DNA of 42,771 nucleotides from a virus (Duplodnaviria; Heunggongvirae; Uroviricota; Caudoviricetes): IMG/VR virus record IMGVR_UViG_2563366830_000018; one strand, 5' to 3'. Shown piece by piece: positions 10,161 to 20,118 of this stretch (position 1 is its first letter; each line of letters starts with the position of its first letter). The notes under the pieces were generated by a model. It saw only the letters and a program-made list of their open reading frames with translations, ran no database searches and was not told where the DNA came from. The position numbers and the translations under genes were made by a program.

Positions 10161-13100
10161 CGTCCACCTCCGGAGAACAGACCACCATCACGGGACTGCT
10201 GTTGCATAAAGTCCGCTGCTGCTTTTTTCCCGAGATCATAAACCACCTTCAGGGCAGCCGGACCTATCTGCCCGTTCGTGCCATCGTTATTGATCTCGAT
10301 GTTGTACTGCGGGGCAAACATCGCCATACCTGAACCACCAATATCCGCCACAACCCCCAGCTTACCGTCAGCACCACGACGCAGAGGCAGAATGGCTTCA
10401 GGCCCAGCTTCCCCCATCACACCTGCACCTTTTGCAAAAGCAAAAAACGTCGGACGATTAACCACCGTGCCACTGTAGCGACTCAAATCAGCAGACTGAT
10501 AAACACCACCATCAGCATTGGGCGTCACACTGGCAGTTGCTGCACTCCCCCAGCCAAACGCCGAACCAATCCCCTTAACTGCCTGCATCATGGACATCTG
10601 AGCCATGATTTTTGCCAGATCAGAAAGGAGCGAGGCGGTAAAAGATTTGAAGTTCAGTTTTCCGGTAGTACAGAACGTTGCCAGTGCATTACCTGCACTG
10701 TTAAATGCCGCTGTAAGCATCTGCTCAGCAGTGCCTGCCGCATTATCCGCATCTGCCGTGAAATTCTGAAACGCCCGCATAGCACCGTTTTTCCAGTTAC
10801 CCTGAGCAATTTCAAGCTGTTGCCAGTAACGGTGATTCTCATTCAGTTGTCGGTTCAGGCTCTCCGTCAGCGCCTGCTCGGCCTTTCTGTAGTCATCCGT
10901 GTTATATGTCCCTTTCTGCTCACTATCCCGCCTCAACTGCTCCAGCTGTTGCTGGTATTTCTGGCGAAGACTCAGTTGTACCTGATATCGCTGCCGCTGC
11001 TGATCACCCATACCCACCGTGGCGATATCCAGGTCATGTTGCTGACGCTGAGCGCGCTCTTCTTCAGCCAGTTGACTGGTCAGCTGAATTGTTTTTTTCT
11101 TCAGATCGTTGAGTGCCGTCTGTTTCTGAAGCTCCTGCTGTTTTACATCCAGCAGCGTCAGTGCCTGAATCAGTTCATCTTTACGGGCCAGCACACTCTT
11201 TTCATCTGCCGTCAGTTTTTTCCCGTCCAGATCGCTGATGCGCTGCTGCAGAGCCAGAAGCTGTTTATGCGCTTCTGTCATCCTGTCAGTGGCAATGCCT
11301 GCTGACTGTCTTGCAGCAGCAATCTGTCCTTCCACCTGTGCCTGTTGCTGGCTGTACTGCAGCAATAACCGGGTGGCCTCATCATTACGGGTTTCGCGTG
11401 TTTTTTTCTTACCGGATGCCAGGGCTTTCTCGTAACGTTCATTTTCACGTTGTATCGCAGCATCCCTGACAGCCTGATCGGCGTACTGCATGGCATTAAT
11501 ACGCGCAATTTCACGCTGATGTCGTGCAGCTTCCGTTTCATTCATCCGGTTCAGTGCAGCATTTTCAGCATTACGGCGTTTCTGTTGCTCCTGATAATTC
11601 CGCTCTGCCTGCTCTTTTGCATCCTGCAAATCCTTCTGGCGTTTTTTCTCCTGAAGATCGTTAAGACGCTGCTGATCGTATTCAACCTGAGAAGATGATG
11701 CCGTCCAGGGGAGTCTTTTCGCCCGCGACACTTTCTCCTGCAAAGTGGCAATCTGCGCATCCAGCGAATCTTCACGACCAATATTCATGGCCGCATCCCA
11801 GAACTGCTTCCACCAGTCAGACAAAGTTTGCAGCGTACTGCCCAGCGCATTGAGGTTATTATCAATATCCGCAGTACGCCGACCGGTTTCCTCTGCCAGT
11901 GCAGACATGGCTATCCGTGCCGCATCACTGGACCGCCCCTGCTCTCCAAGGACGCGTATCTGCTCAAGCTGAGTGGCAGTAAGAAAATGCAGCTCATTGT
12001 CCAGAGACTTCGCGGCATTTACAGGATCATCCTTCAGCCGCTTAAACTGATTTATGGTATCGCTGACCGACTGGCCAACCGATCGCTCCATCTGTGCGGC
12101 AGCTCTCGCCACCATACCGATATCGTTTCCACGAAATGCACCACTCCCCACCACCTGAGCCAGCGCACCGGCTGCAGCATGTTGCGTGATACCATTCCCG
12201 GAAATAGCACGACTGAGCGTCCACAGCTGCCCGGCAGTGACTCCGGCATAATGCCCCGTCAGCGACAGCTGGCGGTTAAATTCTTCCCCCTCCTTCTGAC
12301 CGTCATACCAGGCTTTACCCAGGCCATAGACAGCCGCGGCAATACCGCCAATAACCCCGCCAAGCATCATGCCTTTCGGTGACATCAATGTGTCTATCCA
12401 CCCGGCACGGTTAGCCAGCGTTATTCCGGATCCCCTCAGCGCACCTAAATTTCCGCGGGCCAGTTCACCTATCAGAACGCCTATCTCCTGACGGGCCGCT
12501 GCACTTTTCAGCCCCAGCGAATGCGTGGCTTTTCCTGCCTGCTCCATTTTGCGGATATACACTTCTGCAGCACTGCTTACCCCCAGCTGGGCAGCCTTAG
12601 CACGAAGCAACTCAGAAGAAGAAAGATTCTGGCGGGTTGCCTGCTCTTTAAGCTGACGGATAAACGCCACTTTCTGTCGGGTAGCCTCTTCCTCAGCCTG
12701 TGTAAGAACACGGGTTTTCGCAGTAACCTCAGAAATCAGCGCCAGATAATCCTGCTGACCAATCCCGCCACTGTTTCTGGCCTGTCGGATCTGCTGCTGA
12801 ATACGCTGTAATTCCTGCAGCCCCGCACTGGCCTGTTTCACACTGTCAATCTGACGATAAAACGCAGCAGCCGCTTTATCCTGAGCCTCCGCCAGAGCCA
12901 TGGCCTGCGCCTGTTCCTCGCGCATTTTCTGGCTCAGTGCCTCCATGCGCTGGCGGGTTTTCTCCACCTCACGGGCCATGCGTTCATGAGCCTGTGCGTT
13001 CTTCTCCACCGTCTGCGCATGAACGGATGCGGCTGTTGCAGCCGAAGAAGCCGCCTGCGTTGTCTGCCGGGCGGCCTGAGTCTGACGCTCCATAAAACGC

Positions 13101-13231
13101 TGCATACGGGCAGAAGACCGTTCTGCATCGCTGGCTGCACCATTCAGAAGGTTTTTGATACGGGGAATTTCATTTTTAAACTCTGCCGCATCAATCCCCA
13201 AATCAATGACCAGGTTGGCTATCTGGTCCAT
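10157..13231 (-). CDS. H: Tail tape measure protein H
   Basis: Long coiled-coil-rich product with lambda H-like C-terminus (NNDGTNGQIGPAALK...GGLFSGGGR). Track start 13261 is TTG; ATG at 13231 has SD GGAGGTG. Confidence 0.88.
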   Translation of the reverse strand: MDQIANLVIDLGIDAAEFKNEIPRIKNLLNGAASDAERSSARMQRFMERQTQAARQTTQAASSAATAASVHAQTVEKNAQAHERMAREVEKTRQRMEALSQKMREEQAQAMALAEAQDKAAAAFYRQIDSVKQASAGLQELQRIQQQIRQARNSGGIGQQDYLALISEVTAKTRVLTQAEEEATRQKVAFIRQLKEQATRQNLSSSELLRAKAAQLGVSSAAEVYIRKMEQAGKATHSLGLKSAAARQEIGVLIGELARGNLGALRGSGITLANRAGWIDTLMSPKGMMLGGVIGGIAAAVYGLGKAWYDGQKEGEEFNRQLSLTGHYAGVTAGQLWTLSRAISGNGITQHAAAGALAQVVGSGAFRGNDIGMVARAAAQMERSVGQSVSDTINQFKRLKDDPVNAAKSLDNELHFLTATQLEQIRVLGEQGRSSDAARIAMSALAEETGRRTADIDNNLNALGSTLQTLSDWWKQFWDAAMNIGREDSLDAQIATLQEKVSRAKRLPWTASSSQVEYDQQRLNDLQEKKRQKDLQDAKEQAERNYQEQQKRRNAENAALNRMNETEAARHQREIARINAMQYADQAVRDAAIQRENERYEKALASGKKKTRETRNDEATRLLLQYSQQQAQVEGQIAAARQSAGIATDRMTEAHKQLLALQQRISDLDGKKLTADEKSVLARKDELIQALTLLDVKQQELQKQTALNDLKKKTIQLTSQLAEEERAQRQQHDLDIATVGMGDQQRQRYQVQLSLRQKYQQQLEQLRRDSEQKGTYNTDDYRKAEQALTESLNRQLNENHRYWQQLEIAQGNWKNGAMRAFQNFTADADNAAGTAEQMLTAAFNSAGNALATFCTTGKLNFKSFTASLLSDLAKIMAQMSMMQAVKGIGSAFGWGSAATASVTPNADGGVYQSADLSRYSGTVVNRPTFFAFAKGAGVMGEAGPEAILPLRRGADGKLGVVADIGGSGMAMFAPQYNIEINNDGTNGQIGPAALKVVYDLGKKAAADFMQQQSRDGGLFSGGGR

Positions 13232-13927
13232 AACGCACACCTCCGGAAATACCTTCCCCAAGATGCATCAGTTCTTCGTCCGTTCGCTCCGGTATCCCGT
13301 TCTCTTCCGGTAAAAGGCTGAAATCAGCCACCGCAGCATCACTGCTGCCGGACACCATTCTCACGATCAATGCCTTCAGCGAGGCAAACTGCGCATCCAT
13401 CCACACATCACTGAAGCTCTGCATCCGGAAATAATCGCCCCACTCACCAAGCTCAGTGGCCGACATTTCCGACAGCATCCGCCGCCAGTCTGCCCGCCGG
13501 AACTCCCGGGCAAGCCGCATGACAAACTGCATTTCCCGCGTCAGGACTTTTCCGGCGTCAGCGCCTCATGCTCATCATCCCCGGCATTATCAATGGCCCC
13601 CATACCGCTCAGCGACAGAACCATCTCCGCCCCCGCACCCAGGGCATCATACGACCATGTTGTAATAACGGATGCGCAAAGCGTCTCTACATCCTTAGAC
13701 TGATCCGCATTCCACAGTGAGCGGGAAACCAGCCAGGCATTGATATCCATCCCCATCCGCAGAAAAGCAATCTGTCGTTCAGCCTCCGGCAGTTCTCCCT
13801 CACCGGCATCAAACTTTGCCGTTCGCTGCTGAACAAACGCCAGATATTCAATTCTCTGCAGCCCGGACAGCTCACTGAGCACCACGGACTGTTTTTCATA
13901 ATTAAACGTGCCCTGTTTCAGAAACAT
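13203..13927 (-). CDS. Tail assembly chaperone G-T fusion (G plus T-frame extension via programmed -1 frameshift)
   Basis: ORF 13203..13532 is in the -1 frame relative to G and stays open through the last codons of G (to about 13565). Same arrangement as lambda G/GT; the slip region CCGGAAAAG is non-canonical. Confidence 0.65.
13541..13927 (-). CDS. G: Tail assembly chaperone G
   Basis: From the internal ATG the product begins MFLKQGTF, matching the lambda G N-terminus (MFLKTESF); located between V and H. Confidence 0.85.
   Translation of the reverse strand: MFLKQGTFNYEKQSVVLSELSGLQRIEYLAFVQQRTAKFDAGEGELPEAERQIAFLRMGMDINAWLVSRSLWNADQSKDVETLCASVITTWSYDALGAGAEMVLSLSGMGAIDNAGDDEHEALTPEKS
13544..13552 (-). 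promoter_or_regulatory. Candidate -1 ribosomal frameshift site at the end of G
   Basis: mRNA reads ACG CCG GAA AAG UCC UGA; the overlapping -1 frame continues into the T ORF. Heptamer G GAA AAG versus lambda G GGA AAG. Confidence 0.45.
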
Positions 13928-13943
13928 CATGTTCTCCACCTGC

Positions 13944-13967
13944 AAAAAAGCCCCGGATAACCGGGGC
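13944..13967 (-). terminator. Intrinsic terminator/attenuator between V and G
   Basis: On the minus strand, GCCCCGG-TTAT-CCGGGGC hairpin followed by TTTTTT, sitting between the V stop and the G start. Confidence 0.6.
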
Positions 13968-13987
13968 AAATGATAAGTATCGTCCTG

Positions 13988-14731
13988 TTAACCTGCGGCG
14001 CTGACAGTCACCGCAGCCACAGCCACAAAATTCCCGTCAGCGGTCATGCCCACAATGCTGACACTGCCCTGCTTCACGCCTTTCACCGTGGCTACAAGCC
14101 CGTTCAGGGTCACCGTGGCAGTCTGTGGATCTGACGAATGCACACTGATCGCTTTGTCACTGGCTCCGTCAGGTTTTACTGTAAAGGTCAGCGTGGTGGT
14201 TGCTCCCACTTTTACACTGGCAGATGCCGGTGCCACCGTCAGCCCGGTAACGCTCACTGTTTCAGTGCCTTCCTCTGCCAGATACGGACGCCCCACACCG
14301 CTGATTTTCACAGTGCGGGTCATCACGTCTTTTGAGGCAATGGTTTTACCCAGTGAACTCAGCCAGCCACGGAAAACATCAACAGTACCGTTGGGATATT
14401 TGATACGAAACGCGCAGACTTCACCGGAGTCGAACAACTGAACCAGTTTTTTCTGCCCGCTGTCACCCGGACGCCAGGCCAGCGTCGCCGAAGTATCACC
14501 GACTGATTTCTGCCCCTGGGTTGTCGTTTTCCAGTCTGCATCTTCATCATCGAGATAAGTATCATCTTCTGCATCAGCGGTCATTTCGCCAGGTTGCAGA
14601 TCCTTCACCATCGCAAGACGCAGCCAGTCAGTGTCCGACAAAGGGTTCGCAAATGCGTCGCCGTTGCCGGTATACATCCAGAACGTCGTCCCCGCACCTT
14701 TCGTCTTTGCCAGTGGATTTGGTGTGGTCAT
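13988..14731 (-). CDS. V: Major tail protein V (with C-terminal Ig-like domain)
   Basis: Internal ATG at 14731 with SD AAGGAGGTG; product MTTPNPLAKTKGAGTTFW resembles lambda V (MPVKGAGTTLWVYKG..., NGTVDVFRGW). Confidence 0.9.
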   Translation of the reverse strand: MTTPNPLAKTKGAGTTFWMYTGNGDAFANPLSDTDWLRLAMVKDLQPGEMTADAEDDTYLDDEDADWKTTTQGQKSVGDTSATLAWRPGDSGQKKLVQLFDSGEVCAFRIKYPNGTVDVFRGWLSSLGKTIASKDVMTRTVKISGVGRPYLAEEGTETVSVTGLTVAPASASVKVGATTTLTFTVKPDGASDKAISVHSSDPQTATVTLNGLVATVKGVKQGSVSIVGMTADGNFVAVAAVTVSAAG

Positions 14732-14741
14732 TGCCACCTCC

Positions 14742-15143
14742 TTAATTCGTGTACGTGATCTGGTACGTGATTTCCGCCATCGCCCAGGTGGCCATCTCAT
14801 TATCACGTTGATAGTTAAAACCGAGTGGGATCAGGGTGTCGATGAGTCCGGAAAGTGCCGGTACATCATTCAGGGCCGGGAAAATGGTGCTCTCCATCCA
14901 CATATCCAGCTCTGAATCCGGTGCCTGTGCCCGGATGAAGACAGCAATATGCAGAACAGCCTGCCAGTCATCTTCATCCGTCATTTTTCCGGTGTACTGA
15001 GCATCACTCAGCCACACCGCCACGGCAGGCAGTTCCTGCGCATCAATAAATGCCGGAAGCCCGTCAAAAAACGTGGCGCTGTCTCCACACTGTTCCCGAA
15101 GGCGTGCCAGTACGACCTGGCGGATTTGTGTATGTCGGTTCAT
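14742..15143 (-). CDS. U: Tail terminator protein U
   Basis: Recalled similarity to lambda U (ATFFDG, PAVAV(Y/W)L, PDSELD(A/M)WMES). Start at 15143 forms an ATGA overlap with the Z stop; the track alternative is 15155. Confidence 0.85.
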   Translation of the reverse strand: MNRHTQIRQVVLARLREQCGDSATFFDGLPAFIDAQELPAVAVWLSDAQYTGKMTDEDDWQAVLHIAVFIRAQAPDSELDMWMESTIFPALNDVPALSGLIDTLIPLGFNYQRDNEMATWAMAEITYQITYTN

Positions 15144-15730
15144 CGGGTCAGCCATAATCTCAGTTGTTGTTTCAGTGCATACCCCAGCTGTTTCGGCATT
15201 TCCGCAGCAATGATGCGGTCGCGGGCATCTTCAAATGCCTGTGTCAGCGGTCCGGACAGCGGGATTTTCACTACCTCCACAGGAAGACGATTTTTTCTTG
15301 GCCTGCCCTGATGGTCATGCCCTGTTGCAAAACGCGCTTCAGGAAGACGCCTCAGAACATGCCAGCGGCCATTCGCCAGTTGCTGAACAAATGCCCCCCG
15401 GAAAAAGTATTTTCCCACTCTCAGTCCTTCACCAGCACGCCGCCGTGTTGTGTTCAGTTTGATGGCGGGCAGATTGCCCCGGTTAACGCGGATCCTGGCC
15501 GTCATTTTTCCTGACGGACTGGCTTTAAACACCCGGACACGCTGACGTACCAGTTTCAGGGGGATCCCTTTCACCTGGTTATCTCCCGCAACGGTATTCC
15601 CGGCAACCTTCCGGGTGGCAACCGAGACCGCTTTCTGTGCCACACGGTTTATCGCCCATGCGCTGGCCTGTGGCACCATACGGGTATCAAGGCTGTTCAG
15701 ATTGCGGATGGCATTCTCAAGCCCCTTCAT
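15140..15730 (-). CDS. Z: Tail completion protein Z
   Basis: N-terminus MKGLENAIRNL resembles lambda Z; position between the FII-like gene and U. Confidence 0.8.
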   Translation of the reverse strand: MKGLENAIRNLNSLDTRMVPQASAWAINRVAQKAVSVATRKVAGNTVAGDNQVKGIPLKLVRQRVRVFKASPSGKMTARIRVNRGNLPAIKLNTTRRRAGEGLRVGKYFFRGAFVQQLANGRWHVLRRLPEARFATGHDHQGRPRKNRLPVEVVKIPLSGPLTQAFEDARDRIIAAEMPKQLGYALKQQLRLWLTR

Positions 15731-15741
15731 CCCACACCTCT

Positions 15742-16017
15742 TTACTCAATAAAGATCATTGGTTTACCGTTAAAGCGTTCATGCCGTGTGACCGTCCATT
15801 GTTGTCCGTCATAAACAACGCGATCCCCGCGCCGTGGGCGGTATCCCGAAGAAAACACCACCAGAGAGACCGCAGGTCCGGACAGAGCATTCAGCTCTGC
15901 CAGTGTTTCTCCCGGGATCACAGTCATATCGACATCATTAATCGAGGCTGTCTTTCCCATCTTTCTGACCGTGATCGCATCCATACGCGCTGCCAGCCGG
16001 GAAAAGGGATCAGACAT
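15742..16017 (-). CDS. Head-tail joining protein (FII-like), putative
   Basis: 91-aa ORF directly upstream of Z in the late operon; assignment rests on position and size only. Confidence 0.5.
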   Translation of the reverse strand: MSDPFSRLAARMDAITVRKMGKTASINDVDMTVIPGETLAELNALSGPAVSLVVFSSGYRPRRGDRVVYDGQQWTVTRHERFNGKPMIFIE

Positions 16018-16333
16018 TGAGTTTTACCGGCACTTCTTCTGCACTGGTTCCGGCATCTGCCCAGACAACCCCGACCAGCGGATCAGAGCCGCTGTTAGTC
16101 AGCTGAACTTTTCCGGACTTCAGATAAACCTTCTTACCCGTTTTCATATCATCCGTTTTCAGCTTAGGCAGCATAAACACACCTTCGGTCATGCCGTCGC
16201 CTGTTTCACCCTGTGGAATATCGGTCAGCGCCACCGCAAAAACATCACCCACCTGCACCAGATCTCCGCTGCTGATGGCTGCACTGGCAACAATCGCCAC
16301 CGTTTTTCCTTCTTCTACAAAATTCTTTGCCAT
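16010..16333 (-). CDS. DUF2190-like small head protein, putative
   Basis: ATG at 16333 with SD GCGGAG; small Gly/Val-rich product immediately downstream of the capsid gene. Family assignment is tentative. Confidence 0.5.
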   Translation of the reverse strand: MAKNFVEEGKTVAIVASAAISSGDLVQVGDVFAVALTDIPQGETGDGMTEGVFMLPKLKTDDMKTGKKVYLKSGKVQLTNSGSDPLVGVVWADAGTSAEEVPVKLNV

Positions 16334-16374
16334 AACTGTCTCCGCACAGCCCCGTTCAGGGGCTGATTTCAGGT

Positions 16375-16396
16375 ACAAAAAAAGCCCTTACGGGCC
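16375..16396 (-). terminator. Weak terminator-like hairpin after the major capsid gene
   Basis: On the minus strand, GCCC-GTAA-GGGC followed by TTTTTTT; short stem. Confidence 0.35.
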
Positions 16397-16419
16397 ATCA
16401 GAGTTGTTATCTGCGACGT

Positions 16420-18378
16420 TTACGCCGTACATTTCACCAGACCGCGGTGATCAACTGGCGCGACACCGGCGTCAATACGCACTTTCGTTGTCACGCCATC
16501 CACACTGAAGCCCTCCATCTGATCAATATATGGCGTATCCACACCGTTGAGATAAGCCACTTCAATCGTATCGGAGCCTTTTGACGCAGCCAGGTAGAAG
16601 GTGGTCTGGCTGTTATCATCAAGACGAGGCTCTGCAATAACGGTCGCAAAATCTTTCACCGGGTTAATAATACCGGCGTTAATGTCAGCCCCCTTGACAC
16701 TTGAGGAGCGAATGACCTGGTTAGCAACAGACTCCATCGCCGTCGGTACCAGTACGAACGCAGGACGAATATTCAGATGACGCTCCCCCTCTTTCTGAAC
16801 GCGCATCAACTGGCGGGCTTTATCCAGCGATGCCACGTCCATTGCAGCGCTCTCCAGTACGTTTGCATGTTTCGCTTTATCGAACAGACTTACATTATCT
16901 GTGGAGATTTTCGGGTTAGACGTCAGAATGGCATAAACCAGATCGGCAATAGTGGATTTCGCCGCACGGCCCAGTTTCATCGGGACATCGGTCAGCATAT
17001 TCAGATCATCATTGATAATGGCCTGACGGGTGATACTGAACAGCTCGCCATAGGTCGCCAGTGCAATAGTGGCCTGTTTATCTCCGGTGGTGACGTATTT
17101 ATATTCCGCCCCTTCACGCACCTGACGCAGAGCACTGAAGCCCCCCATACCCACACGATGGGCAATTTTAAAATCAGACAACTGACCTTTCCGCGTCCAC
17201 TGTTCATAGGTTTCAGGAGCATCTTCCCAGCCCTGCAGAATGGCTTTGTTCGCAACATCCAGCAGAATATTACCGAAGTCAGACGTACTGTGTGTGAACG
17301 CCGCACCGACCATCTGCATCGGGTTATAACTGGAAACCCCAATACCCCGTTCAGTCAGTGACATACGGGCATATTCACGCAGGGTCATCCCGTTGTAGAC
17401 ATTATCACGTTCGGTTTTTTCAAATCCGGCACGCGCCATCAGCGCCTGGCGGATCCCGTCCCCCACAAAATTACCGTTACCGGCATAAATATGAGCCGGT
17501 GTATTTTTATTGGATGGCGTGGACTCGCGCCCCATCTCGTTCAACAGCTTTTCGCGGGCCTGCTCCAGCGAACATTCAGGATCGGCAAGACACTGAGCCT
17601 GCAGCGTCTGATAACGCCCGCCAAACATGGCAAACAGATCATTAATACCGTTTACACGCGCTTTTTGCTCTGCCAGTACCTGCGCACGGATACTGTTTTC
17701 ATCCACCACGGGTGCTGCTGCCTGCACTGGCGTCCGGGAGGCTGCAGGTTCATCATCCTGTACGCGTGGAGCACTGTTGCGTGGCGGAGTAATCATGTTT
17801 CGAATGGATTCCGGCATCTTTTTAAATTCCTCTGTACGTTTTGACTGAATACATGCCATTGCCTTAACGGCTGGCGTCACCTGATCAGCAAATCCATGTG
17901 CCAGACATTCGGCACCGGACATCCAGGTCTCATCCGCCAGCATGGCAGCAATTTCATCGGTGGTTTTCCCGGTTTTCTGTGCATAAGCGGGTAACAGAAC
18001 CGCCTCAACCTTATCGAGCATGTCGGCATAGGTGCGCATGTCCTCCGCATCACCGCCCGTAAAGCCAAATGGTTTATGAATCATCATGAAGGTGTTTTCC
18101 GGCATAATGACCGGGTTTCCCACCATCGCAATGACCGACGCCATTGACGCCGCCACACCGTCGACATAAACGGTAATGGACGCACCATGTGTTTTCAGCG
18201 CATTAAAAATGGCTATGCCTTCAAAGACATCGCCACCCGGTGAATTGATATGGAGATTAATGTGGGTGATATCGCCCAGTGCATTCAGATCACTGATAAA
18301 CTGCTTCGCTGTAACACCCCAGAAACCAATCTCGTCATAAATATAAATATCCGCGTCACTCTGGTGACCAGCCTGCAT
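16420..18378 (-). CDS. Fused head maturation protease (ClpP/S14-like) and major capsid protein
   Basis: Product from the ATG at 18378 begins MQAGHQSDADIYIYDEIGFWGV and has a ClpP-like motif INSPGGDVFEG; the C-terminal roughly 400 aa resembles HK97-fold capsid proteins. Confidence 0.8.
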   Translation of the reverse strand: MQAGHQSDADIYIYDEIGFWGVTAKQFISDLNALGDITHINLHINSPGGDVFEGIAIFNALKTHGASITVYVDGVAASMASVIAMVGNPVIMPENTFMMIHKPFGFTGGDAEDMRTYADMLDKVEAVLLPAYAQKTGKTTDEIAAMLADETWMSGAECLAHGFADQVTPAVKAMACIQSKRTEEFKKMPESIRNMITPPRNSAPRVQDDEPAASRTPVQAAAPVVDENSIRAQVLAEQKARVNGINDLFAMFGGRYQTLQAQCLADPECSLEQAREKLLNEMGRESTPSNKNTPAHIYAGNGNFVGDGIRQALMARAGFEKTERDNVYNGMTLREYARMSLTERGIGVSSYNPMQMVGAAFTHSTSDFGNILLDVANKAILQGWEDAPETYEQWTRKGQLSDFKIAHRVGMGGFSALRQVREGAEYKYVTTGDKQATIALATYGELFSITRQAIINDDLNMLTDVPMKLGRAAKSTIADLVYAILTSNPKISTDNVSLFDKAKHANVLESAAMDVASLDKARQLMRVQKEGERHLNIRPAFVLVPTAMESVANQVIRSSSVKGADINAGIINPVKDFATVIAEPRLDDNSQTTFYLAASKGSDTIEVAYLNGVDTPYIDQMEGFSVDGVTTKVRIDAGVAPVDHRGLVKCTA

Positions 18379-18391
18379 CCTGAACCAGGAA

Positions 18392-19900
18392 TTATTCTTC
18401 GGACTGGTCGTCGGTGTGCTGCGGCTCCTGTCGTTTCGTTGCGGCACTGCTGCCTCCTTTATCACTGGCCGGATCGGTATCAAATACCAGATCCAGCTTG
18501 CGGTTTTCATCAATTTCGGCCTTGCGCCGACGTTTGACATCATCCGGATTACGACCACCAGCACGTACCCAATCTGATTCTGTCGCCGCTCCACCACGAA
18601 TCTGGATTTTCCAGGCCTCAGCCTCCTTAACAGGGTCAATCCACGGCATCACTGGTCCGGAATACACCGCGGTATACAGTGAAGAACGGTCAAGATCGCG
18701 GGGTAGCCTGATAACACCGGATGCCACAGCCTGTTTCAGCCAGGCACGATACATCGGGCGGGTGACGGCACCAATAAACCAGTCCTGCAGGATCAGGTAG
18801 CCATCAGTAGATTCAACCAGCTCCTGACGCTGGGCGCTGTAAGTGCCGTTATAGTTGCGCGCTGTACTGGAAAAACTCAGACGACTGCCCGCCGCCACGG
18901 CACGCAACTGACCATTACGAAAAGTTTCAAGGTTAGAATTGGGGCGATCCGACTTCACCATTCCGATTTCTTCGCCGGGTTTCAGATCGTCGTAAATAAT
19001 GCCTGGCTGAATGGTAAGCTCGCGTTCCTTATCCTTGCTGCCATTACCATCCGGTTCATAGCTCTGCCCGTCGCCTTTGCGGATGTACATCCCCAGAGCA
19101 GCGGCGATCCTTGCTGCAGTCAGCTCAGAATCTTCATACTCTTTCAGGGCACTGAGGCGGATCAGCACACCGGACAATAAAGACGTCCCGCGCATCTGGT
19201 GCAGACGGCGAACAAATTTAAGATGCAGCATTCGCTCTGCATCCACTTCTTTGGTTTCCATCTGCCGTCCGGATACAGGACGACTTTTATACACCAGATA
19301 TTTTTCGGGACGCCCCCAGTCATCAACAAACACGCCCTGATTCAGCCTGTTGCTCTCATCACTGGTCATGGGAATAAAGTCTGGCTCGAGCGCCTCCAGC
19401 CAGAAATGAACACCGGCAGAAGGCGTCAGGCTGTTTATGCGCCCGGAAACCATCTGGGCAAACACCTCACCATCGCGCAGCCAGGTACGCAGCATCAGAC
19501 GTTCCAGCATCGGACGGGTAAACTGCCCGGTGACTTCCGGGCTGACAGACCATTCACTCCATCGGGTGCGAATCTCCGCTGCCAGATCACGGGCAATGGC
19601 CCCATTGCGTAATACCGGATGTGGCTCGACAATAATCCCGTTTTTCCCCACCACCCGTTCTTCCAGCTTGTCAAATACACCAATAACCAGATCGTGGTTG
19701 TTATCAAGGTAACGGGCCTGCTCACGTAACGACACGGCCCCGTACTGGCTTAACTGGTCGGCAGTTCGGTTCTCCCGCCGGGCTTTGTGTGTCCGCGTCG
19801 TTTTTACGGCCTCATAAGCCTGGATCACCGCACGGGAACGCAGCCTTGCCGCTTTCCATCCTGGTGAAAAAACGCCAATCACATCATCAAGAATTGCCAT
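18392..19900 (-). CDS. Portal protein (lambda-family portal)
   Basis: About 500-aa product between the W-like gene and the protease/capsid gene; ATG at 19900 overlaps the W stop (ATGA). Confidence 0.8.
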   Translation of the reverse strand: MAILDDVIGVFSPGWKAARLRSRAVIQAYEAVKTTRTHKARRENRTADQLSQYGAVSLREQARYLDNNHDLVIGVFDKLEERVVGKNGIIVEPHPVLRNGAIARDLAAEIRTRWSEWSVSPEVTGQFTRPMLERLMLRTWLRDGEVFAQMVSGRINSLTPSAGVHFWLEALEPDFIPMTSDESNRLNQGVFVDDWGRPEKYLVYKSRPVSGRQMETKEVDAERMLHLKFVRRLHQMRGTSLLSGVLIRLSALKEYEDSELTAARIAAALGMYIRKGDGQSYEPDGNGSKDKERELTIQPGIIYDDLKPGEEIGMVKSDRPNSNLETFRNGQLRAVAAGSRLSFSSTARNYNGTYSAQRQELVESTDGYLILQDWFIGAVTRPMYRAWLKQAVASGVIRLPRDLDRSSLYTAVYSGPVMPWIDPVKEAEAWKIQIRGGAATESDWVRAGGRNPDDVKRRRKAEIDENRKLDLVFDTDPASDKGGSSAATKRQEPQHTDDQSEE

Positions 19901-20118
19901 CAGAACCTCGCCAGCCGGTACCCGGGATGCCCCCGTCGTCGTGTAATCAGAGCCGCAAGGCGGCGCTCCCACTCCTGCCGTCCCTGCCGGATCTCAGATA
20001 AGTTTTCCATGGTCATCTGCTGACCATTAAAGGTGACGGATTTTCCGTCCAGCACCGCCATTTCAGCTTCCGTATAACGCTGAATCATGGCTTCGATATC
20101 ATTCTGGTTCATAACCAT
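19900..20118 (-). CDS. W: Head-tail connector / head completion protein W-like
   Basis: 72-aa product with C-terminus RRRGHPGYRLARF resembling lambda gpW (RRRGPAGFYV); sits between terminase and portal. Confidence 0.75.
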   Translation of the reverse strand: MVMNQNDIEAMIQRYTEAEMAVLDGKSVTFNGQQMTMENLSEIRQGRQEWERRLAALITRRRGHPGYRLARF

